A stretch of DNA of 64,000 nucleotides from IMG/VR virus record IMGVR_UViG_3300042363_001351, positions 46,606 through 110,605 of that record, one strand, 5' to 3'. The stretch's first letter is position 1; every line of letters begins with the position of its first letter. The DNA is from a virus (lineage: Duplodnaviria; Caudoviricetes). Below, piece after piece: positions 57,657 to 64,000 of the stretch. The notes under the pieces are model-generated. The model made no database searches, was not told the origin of the DNA, and worked only from the letters and a program-made list of their open reading frames with translations. The position numbers and the translations under genes were made by a program.

Positions 57657-58769
57657 GTGAAGGATTATACCTACAACTTTGAAATTAAAGACCTTCTTAC
57701 TCAATTTCTTGCAGCTTTTGATGATGTAGTAATTAAAAGATATGACGCTAATAGAAACGCTAAGGAGAATATAGAGGTAAGATATGTACTAGCACCTAAA
57801 CAGCGTGTAATGTACGATATTGTTAATAAAGCGCAAAATCTTACATTACCAGTAGTTGCAGTTAGTGTAGCAGGTATAAGTAGAGACACTTCAAGAGTCT
57901 TTAATAAATTAAATACTGTCTTTAATAAAATAGATAGTAGATCTAGTAGTAATATTGGTATGCCTGTACCAATTAATATCGAGGTTAATATGTCTATATT
58001 AACTAGATATCTTCAAGATCTAGATCAAATTTTATCTAATTTTATTCCATACAGTAACCCCTATATTATTCTTTCTTGGAAGGAACCATCAAATGTAAAT
58101 TCTGAACCTATAGAGATTCGATCTGAGGTTTTATGGAGTGGTAATATTTCATTAAATGAACCTACTGATATATCATACTCAGAAAAATTTAGAGTAGTAG
58201 CAGATACCAATTTTACAATAAAAGGATGGTTGTTTAAGAACGCAAATGAAACCTCAACACCAATATATTTTATCGATACTAACTTTATTACATCTAGTAA
58301 AAATATTATTGTAGCTGATTCTGATTACGATACGTTTTTTAATTCTCTATCTGACGCTACTGAATCAGTTAAGCTTTCTGCTATACCCACAAATAGTAGT
58401 ATATATTATAATATTAGCAGCAAGCTAATTGAGATAACCTCAGACTTTACACTTAATAGCGCTATAACGGCTTACAACTCATATGTAATATATGGATCTA
58501 ATTTCAGCCGTACTAATAAAATTCTTCTAAGCTCGTCAGCCCCTATACCATATTTATCTAGTTACTATTCTACAATATCATCTAAATACACAGGAAGTGT
58601 ATCCGGTTATTCCGTTTTATCATCTACTTACAATATAATGAATGATAATATGATTACCTTAGATCTTACTAATATACAAACACCTAGCGTATTTAATATA
58701 ATTATTAGCAATGAAGTCGGTTGGTGTAATAGTTACGATATAAATAGCTTTACTTTTACGAAATCTTGA
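57657..58769 (+). CDS. 15: Tail terminator/sheath stabilizer gp15-like, with C-terminal extension
   Basis: QF.AAFDD..I.R, PKQR, LP, PVP.NI, QI...FIPY..P, FTIKGWLF. Confidence 0.75.
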   Translation: MKDYTYNFEIKDLLTQFLAAFDDVVIKRYDANRNAKENIEVRYVLAPKQRVMYDIVNKAQNLTLPVVAVSVAGISRDTSRVFNKLNTVFNKIDSRSSSNIGMPVPINIEVNMSILTRYLQDLDQILSNFIPYSNPYIILSWKEPSNVNSEPIEIRSEVLWSGNISLNEPTDISYSEKFRVVADTNFTIKGWLFKNANETSTPIYFIDTNFITSSKNIIVADSDYDTFFNSLSDATESVKLSAIPTNSSIYYNISSKLIEITSDFTLNSAITAYNSYVIYGSNFSRTNKILLSSSAPIPYLSSYYSTISSKYTGSVSGYSVLSSTYNIMNDNMITLDLTNIQTPSVFNIIISNEVGWCNSYDINSFTFTKS

Positions 58770-58788
58770 TTAAATATATATACTAAAG

Positions 58789-60609
58789 ATGGCCGATACT
58801 ACCTCAAATCAGAACAAAAACTACGTAACTAACGATGGAAGATCGTCTACTTTTGGTAGAAATTTAATGTCATATATTCAGAATAAGTTACCTTATTCAA
58901 ATATTGTAGATACTGAAAATAACGAGTTAAATCCAAAATATAAAACATTCGCAAATGTAGGAATGAGGAGATCAGAGGCTCTCGCTAAGCACTCTATATC
59001 TATTGCAAATGAATATAATAATATGCCTATTGGCTCGATGGGTAAGGATACTTCATTTGGCCAAGTAATGTATGCTAACATACAAGAAAATAAGGGCGCG
59101 AGAATGAGAGATTATAGAGTTATGGCGGCCTATTCAGACGTGGCTGATGCTTTAGATGAGATTTGCGACGAAGCGATAAACACTGATGAGAACGGTAACG
59201 AGGTAAACATTAAATACAAAAACGTAGATTTAACCGGTAAGGATAAAACTATGTTAGATGAAGAATTTAGCAAGTTTGTTAATTATTTTGATTTCAAGAA
59301 TAGAGGCTGGCAGTATTTTAGACAGTTTCTAATAGAGGGTGAATTGTTTTTTGAGCTTATTATACATAAGGATTATATAAACGAAGGTGTACTAGGAGTG
59401 GTAAATCTTCCTGCTGAGCTTATTGACCCGGTATATAATAATATACAAAACATGATGGTTAAGGGGTTCATATACAAAAAGCCGATTTTTGACCCTACTA
59501 GACCAGATAAACAAGAGAAGATTGAATTTATACCTTTAGATGAAAATCAAGTTGTTTATATCAACTCTGGTGTTATGAACGAGACTAAGAATATGGTTTT
59601 GCCATTCTTAGAGAATGCTCGTAGAGCTTATAGACAGCTCTCATTAATTGAGGATGCTATTGTAATTTATAGATTAGTGAGAGCTCCTGAAAGGCTTGTA
59701 TTTAACGTTGATGTAGGTAATATGCCTGCTCCAAAAGCTGAGGCCTATCTCAAGAAATTAATTAGTAATTATTGGTCATCAAAAACATTTGACATCGATC
59801 AAGCTGATGTAGTTAAAAAGTTTAACCCCCAATCAATGCTTGATGCTTTTTGGTTTCCGAAGAGATCGGGGTCGGAGGGTTCTAGTGTATCACAGTTAGC
59901 TGGTGGACAGAATTTAGGTGAACTAGCTGATTTAATGTACTTCATTAAGAAGCTATACAGGTCCCTTAAAGTTCCTACATCGAGACTTGACCCGGAGGAT
60001 GCTTTTAGAGATGGTTCTGAGATTTTACGCGAAGAATTAAAGTTCGCAAGATTTATTATCAGACAACAACAGAGGTTTTCAGCTGGAATTAAAAAGGGAT
60101 TTGTCACACATTTAAAGTTTAAGGGATTATGGGATAAGCTTGATTTAAACGAACAAAATTTAGAGATAGCATTTAATGTACCTACTAACTTTTACGAAAT
60201 GCGCGAAAGTCAGCGACTCGAGCAGAAAGCATCTAACTTTAATAGTATAGCATCTAGTGAGTTTGTATCTAAAACATATGCACAGAAAAAATATCTCGGA
60301 TGGAGAGATAAAGATATTCTTGCTAATAGAGAGTTTTTACGTAAGGATGCTGAGCTACAGTGGGAATTACAACAAATTTCAACATTAGGACCTGCTTGGA
60401 GAGAGCAGGTAATAGCACAGGATGTTGCCGGTAGTGAAGCGACAGGCGGTGAAATGGGTGGCGGATTGGGTGGTGCTGGTGGCGCTGGTCCAGGAGCTCC
60501 GCCTCCAGAGTTCGGAGGAGGTCCAGCTGAGGCAGGGCCGGGAGGTGCAGCAGCGCCAGGATCAGAAGCGGGTGCACCTCCTCCTGAGACCCCTGCACCA
60601 GCAGCATAA
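58789..60609 (+). CDS. 20: Portal protein gp20
   Basis: YR.MA....V..A..EI, L..IEDA.VIYR..RAPER..F..DVGNMP..KAE.Y, L.VP.SRL. Confidence 0.96.
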   Translation: MADTTSNQNKNYVTNDGRSSTFGRNLMSYIQNKLPYSNIVDTENNELNPKYKTFANVGMRRSEALAKHSISIANEYNNMPIGSMGKDTSFGQVMYANIQENKGARMRDYRVMAAYSDVADALDEICDEAINTDENGNEVNIKYKNVDLTGKDKTMLDEEFSKFVNYFDFKNRGWQYFRQFLIEGELFFELIIHKDYINEGVLGVVNLPAELIDPVYNNIQNMMVKGFIYKKPIFDPTRPDKQEKIEFIPLDENQVVYINSGVMNETKNMVLPFLENARRAYRQLSLIEDAIVIYRLVRAPERLVFNVDVGNMPAPKAEAYLKKLISNYWSSKTFDIDQADVVKKFNPQSMLDAFWFPKRSGSEGSSVSQLAGGQNLGELADLMYFIKKLYRSLKVPTSRLDPEDAFRDGSEILREELKFARFIIRQQQRFSAGIKKGFVTHLKFKGLWDKLDLNEQNLEIAFNVPTNFYEMRESQRLEQKASNFNSIASSEFVSKTYAQKKYLGWRDKDILANREFLRKDAELQWELQQISTLGPAWREQVIAQDVAGSEATGGEMGGGLGGAGGAGPGAPPPEFGGGPAEAGPGGAAAPGSEAGAPPPETPAPAA

Positions 60610-60624
60610 CGACTAAATATACGT

Positions 60625-61770
60625 ATGTCTTTAGCATGTGAAGTATTACCTGTATCAGCATTTCAATCTACTAATTTAAACAATAAATTAGAGACGTACG
60701 GTGATCTTGCAGATAGAATAAAAAGATCTCTAGGCTACCCTCTTATAACCCTTGAAATACATCAAGATCAACTATTTCAAAACATACAAATAGCAATAGA
60801 GTACTTCTCTAAGTTCGCTGGGTATACAAAAGAGTTTTTGGTGTTCGATTCACAATTATATGAAAAGAATAAAGGCATCAGATTGGATCATTTATTTACC
60901 TTGGCAAAAGCAGGGCTTACTGATAAGCAAAAAGTAAATAATGCGCCTGTATGGACTGGAGCTGATTTTACGGTTGAAACTCCAGAGACGGTTTATATAA
61001 GCACCACTGCTCTAAACTCGTCAATATTTTCTTCTTCTTCTACCCTATCCGGTGTATTTGATCAAGGATTGACTGAATTTGAAATAGTTGATAAAACAAT
61101 CTACAATTCTATAACCGCGTTTAATAGTAGTTTGAGCGGAATTTTTAGAAAATCAGTTAATAAAAAGGTATCTCTACAATCGCAAGAATCTACCGCGATA
61201 GAGTATTCAAATGTATTTGATTATGATGCTATGGATTATAGAAAGGTAGTATCTGTTATCGATTTTGAAGAGGGTTCAAATCAAGGCGTCAATACCTTAT
61301 TCACCCTTGAGCAAACCCTCGCTCAACAGACCTATTTTAGTTACGCTATGGGTAATTACGGATTTGATTTAGTATCTTGGTATACACTAAAAGAGTGGTT
61401 AGATACGAGAGAGAAATTATTAGCTATAAAAAGAGATTTAAAGTTTGATGAAAGAACGCAATATCTTCAAATGTATCCACAGCCTAATAAGAGTCGCTTT
61501 TACGGTGTTATAGCTTGCTATTTGGAGAGACCAATTCGCGATCTTGTTAAAGAGCAATGGGTCTATGAGTATGCTGTAGCACTATCAAAGATAGTTATAG
61601 GTCGCGTAAGAAGCAAATTTACTGGAGTATCTCTATTAGGTGGCGGCTCTTTGAATTATGATTTACTTCAAGAGGGCTTAACAGAGAAAAAAGATCTAGA
61701 ACAAATGCTACTTACCGGCGCGTCTGCTGGTTTTGGAGATGCAGACCCTCCTTCTTTCTTTATAGGTTAA
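60625..61770 (+). CDS. 13: Neck protein gp13-like
   Basis: I.RSLGYP.I..E, WV.EYA.AL.K...G..RSKF....GG..LN, PP.F.IG. Confidence 0.85.
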   Translation: MSLACEVLPVSAFQSTNLNNKLETYGDLADRIKRSLGYPLITLEIHQDQLFQNIQIAIEYFSKFAGYTKEFLVFDSQLYEKNKGIRLDHLFTLAKAGLTDKQKVNNAPVWTGADFTVETPETVYISTTALNSSIFSSSSTLSGVFDQGLTEFEIVDKTIYNSITAFNSSLSGIFRKSVNKKVSLQSQESTAIEYSNVFDYDAMDYRKVVSVIDFEEGSNQGVNTLFTLEQTLAQQTYFSYAMGNYGFDLVSWYTLKEWLDTREKLLAIKRDLKFDERTQYLQMYPQPNKSRFYGVIACYLERPIRDLVKEQWVYEYAVALSKIVIGRVRSKFTGVSLLGGGSLNYDLLQEGLTEKKDLEQMLLTGASAGFGDADPPSFFIG

Positions 61771-61771
61771 T

Positions 61772-62215
61772 ATGTCGATACGTCAGTCTAGCAAGTATAG
61801 ACAGGGAGTGTTTGTACCAGTTAATAAGGAAAAATTTCTAGGTTTAAAAGCAATTTATAGATCAGGTCTAGAGCTCAAATTTATGAGGTTCTGTGACAAT
61901 AATCCTAATGTTATAAAGTGGGGAAGTGAGAATGTAGTGATACCTTATATTTCACCTCTTGATGGTAGAGCTCATAGATATTTCGTAGATAATTTTGTCG
62001 TTATAAAAGAAGATAATTGCGTTAAGAAATATCTGATAGAGATTAAGCCTTCAAAGCAGACTCTACCGCCTACAACAAAATATAAAAAGAAAGAGCACCT
62101 TGTATATGAACAAACAATGTATTTAAAAAACCAAGCAAAATGGCAGGCTGCTACCGAGTTTTGTAAAAAGAAAGGTTTAGAGTTTTTAATACTCACAGAA
62201 AAGCACCTAAAATAA
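61772..62215 (+). CDS. 4: Head completion nuclease gp4-like
   Basis: YRS.LE..FM..CD.N..V..W.SE, HRYF.D, EIKP, N.AKW.AA, ILTE. Confidence 0.9.
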   Translation: MSIRQSSKYRQGVFVPVNKEKFLGLKAIYRSGLELKFMRFCDNNPNVIKWGSENVVIPYISPLDGRAHRYFVDNFVVIKEDNCVKKYLIEIKPSKQTLPPTTKYKKKEHLVYEQTMYLKNQAKWQAATEFCKKKGLEFLILTEKHLK

Positions 62216-62247
62216 TAGATTTTTGTAACTAAACAATAAATATAAAT

Positions 62248-62913
62248 ATGGCATTAAAGCTTAACCTATTAGTGGAGAAACCAGCTCTAGACGATCAATT
62301 CGAATACGTTGTAGAGGAGTCAAATAGAAATGCACCTTCAACTTTGTTTATTAAGGGGCCTTATATGATGGCTGAAGGAGTTAACAAAAATAAGAGAATG
62401 TACCCTATAGACGAGTTAAGAAGAGAGGTACAGCGTTATAACGAAGAAATGGTTATACCAGGGAGAGCTATGGGAGAGCTTAATCATCCAGCGTCTGCTG
62501 ATGTTGATCTTGAGAGAGCATGTCATATGGTTACTGAGCTATACGAAGATAATAATGTTTTCTACGGCAAGTCAAAAGTACTTTCGACACCATGTGGTAT
62601 GATAGTTAGATCTCTAATCAATGATGGTGTAAAGGTGGGTATGTCTTCAAGAGCGTTAGGTACTCTCGAAGAAGGTTCAAGTCATAATGTAGTTAGAAAT
62701 CTTAAACTAGTAGCAGTTGATTGTGTAGCAGATCCTTCCTTTCCAAAAGCTTTTGTGAATGGTATTTTAGAGTCTAAACAATGGGTAGTAGCAGAAAATG
62801 GCAAGTATGAAGAAGTTTATGAAAACTTCGCTAAATCTATTAGCAAGCTCCCTACTAAAGGAGTTGATGCATTTTTAAGAGAACATATACTAAAATTCAT
62901 CCGTTCGATATAA
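62248..62913 (+). CDS. 21: Prohead protease gp21
   Basis: N.N.R.Y, GELNHP, G.SSR.LG, D.VADPS...AF. Confidence 0.95.
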   Translation: MALKLNLLVEKPALDDQFEYVVEESNRNAPSTLFIKGPYMMAEGVNKNKRMYPIDELRREVQRYNEEMVIPGRAMGELNHPASADVDLERACHMVTELYEDNNVFYGKSKVLSTPCGMIVRSLINDGVKVGMSSRALGTLEEGSSHNVVRNLKLVAVDCVADPSFPKAFVNGILESKQWVVAENGKYEEVYENFAKSISKLPTKGVDAFLREHILKFIRSI

Positions 62914-62921
62914 ATAATAGT

Positions 62922-63191
62922 ATGTCTAAGCAAGTAGCTAAAAAAGATTATGATGGTGATGGAGAGATTGAATCACCAGAAGAAGAATATAAAGGTACAA
63001 AGGATAAAGCTATAAAGTCTGCTAAAGCAAAGAAAAAGAAAAAGGTAGTTAAAGAAACTACAGATATAAAGAACTTTATTGCATCAATTTCTACAAAAAA
63101 ATATGCACTTGCTCATAAATATTTAAAACAAGTAATAGAAGATAAGATTAAATCTAGAATATCTTCTTCACTTAACGAACCACTCTTTTAA
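62922..63191 (+). CDS. Small prohead-associated protein
   Basis: KKDYDGDG.IES...EY.G..DKAI motif; TATAAATA at 62909-62916; lies between gp21 and gp22. Confidence 0.6.
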   Translation: MSKQVAKKDYDGDGEIESPEEEYKGTKDKAIKSAKAKKKKKVVKETTDIKNFIASISTKKYALAHKYLKQVIEDKIKSRISSSLNEPLF

Positions 63192-63193
63192 CT

Positions 63194-64000
63194 ATGAAAG
63201 TATCTACACTAATAACTGACGAAGCAAAGCAAGTTTTAACTGAAGAGTCTCTTCAAGCTATTGAAGATGCTTTTACTAAAAAGCTTGAACTTACCGTTGA
63301 ATCTGCACTTGCACAGCAAGACGATCTTTATTCAAAGAAGCTAGAGCAACTTATTGCTGCTATTGATAAAGATCATACTACAAAATTAAAGAGAGTTGTT
63401 GAAGCTATCGATAAAAACAATTCTAACAAGCTTGTTAATGTAGTTAAAAGATACGAAACAGAACTTACTAACGAAGCAAATAGCTTTAAAGAAACTCTTG
63501 TTGAATCTATTTCAAATTACTTAGAAGAGTTTCTTGATGAAGCGGTTCCAACTGAGGCAATCACTGAAGCTACTAAAAACAGAACAGCTAGAGAAGTTCT
63601 CGGTAACCTACGTAAGGTTCTTGCTATTGACTCAGCTCTTATGAGCGAGTCGGTTCAAGATGCGGTAATCGATGGTAAGAAGCAAATCGACGAGCTTTCT
63701 AAGAAAGTAGAAGAGCTTTCTAAAGAAAACACTCTTATTAAAGAGAGTTACTCTAAGACCAAATCAGCTCTTATTCTCGAATCAAAAACATCTGGTCTCT
63801 CAGATAAGAAGAAAGAATATATCAAAAGAGTGCTTGGTGATAAGACACCTAGGTTTATCGAAGAAAACTTCGATTATACACTTAGACTCTTTGATAAGAA
63901 AGAACAAGAAAGAATCGATATCATTAAAGAGCAGGCATTTAATGAAAGAAAAGTGAAGGCTGATGCACCTGTTATTAGAGAATCAGTTCAGCCAAAACAA
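63194..64000 (+). CDS. 22: Prohead core scaffold gp22-like (runs off the window; absent from the ORF track)
   Basis: MKVSTLITDEAKQVLTEESL..., open to the end; coiled coil with many [IL]xE sites; LVESISNYLE; follows gp21. Confidence 0.85.
   Translation, partial: MKVSTLITDEAKQVLTEESLQAIEDAFTKKLELTVESALAQQDDLYSKKLEQLIAAIDKDHTTKLKRVVEAIDKNNSNKLVNVVKRYETELTNEANSFKETLVESISNYLEEFLDEAVPTEAITEATKNRTAREVLGNLRKVLAIDSALMSESVQDAVIDGKKQIDELSKKVEELSKENTLIKESYSKTKSALILESKTSGLSDKKKEYIKRVLGDKTPRFIEENFDYTLRLFDKKEQERIDIIKEQAFNERKVKADAPVIRESVQPKQ

Noticed and set aside
60420-60609. GC-rich patch as foreign DNA or structured RNA
   Set aside because: Explained by Gly/Pro/Ala codons of the portal's low-complexity tail.
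26-62196. Many short antisense or alternate-frame ORFs in the track (e.g. 1313-1507, 9523-9867, 32046-32504, 59799-60107, 60323-60661)
   Set aside because: They lie within well-supported genes and show no motifs or promoter context; treated as shadow ORFs.
1-64000. Stop-codon reassignment; tRNA, rRNA or large ncRNA genes
   Set aside because: Core genes are intact in the standard code and end in TAA, TAG or TGA; intergenic gaps are mostly under 70 nt with no cloverleaf seen by eye (tRNAscan-SE/Infernal would confirm).

Overview
This is a dense, AT-rich, standard-code segment of a large T4-like tailed phage (myovirus) genome. It has four parts. (1) A mostly minus-strand replication/recombination block at about 1.2-25 kb: primase, RNase H, gp45, gp32, gp41, UvsX, gp43, gp46/47, gp55, UvsW, UvsY. 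(2) Plus-strand late genes at about 25-33.7 kb that look like head-packaged proteins, including a nucleotidyltransferase/ligase-like fusion, a HIGH-family nucleotidyltransferase, a nuclease-like protein and a retropepsin-like protease. (3) A dispersed 7-deazaguanine (preQ0) pathway: folE, queD, queE, an atypical queC, a class II glutamine amidotransferase and DUF366, plus phoH and endonucleases. (4) A 14-gene glycosyltransferase/unusual-sugar cluster at 39.9-53.9 kb, followed by gp62, a GroES-like protein, a DinG-like helicase and the head/neck module (gp15, gp20, gp13, gp4, gp21, partial gp22). Notable sequence-level observations: promoter-like elements sit about 5-9 nt from start codons (apparently leaderless transcripts), a fixed-spacing AGGAACT-N4-NATAMT promoter motif recurs, and a one-base frameshift separates gp32 from its acidic tail. 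No tRNA, rRNA or CRISPR array was seen. All family assignments come from motif recognition by eye, not database searches.
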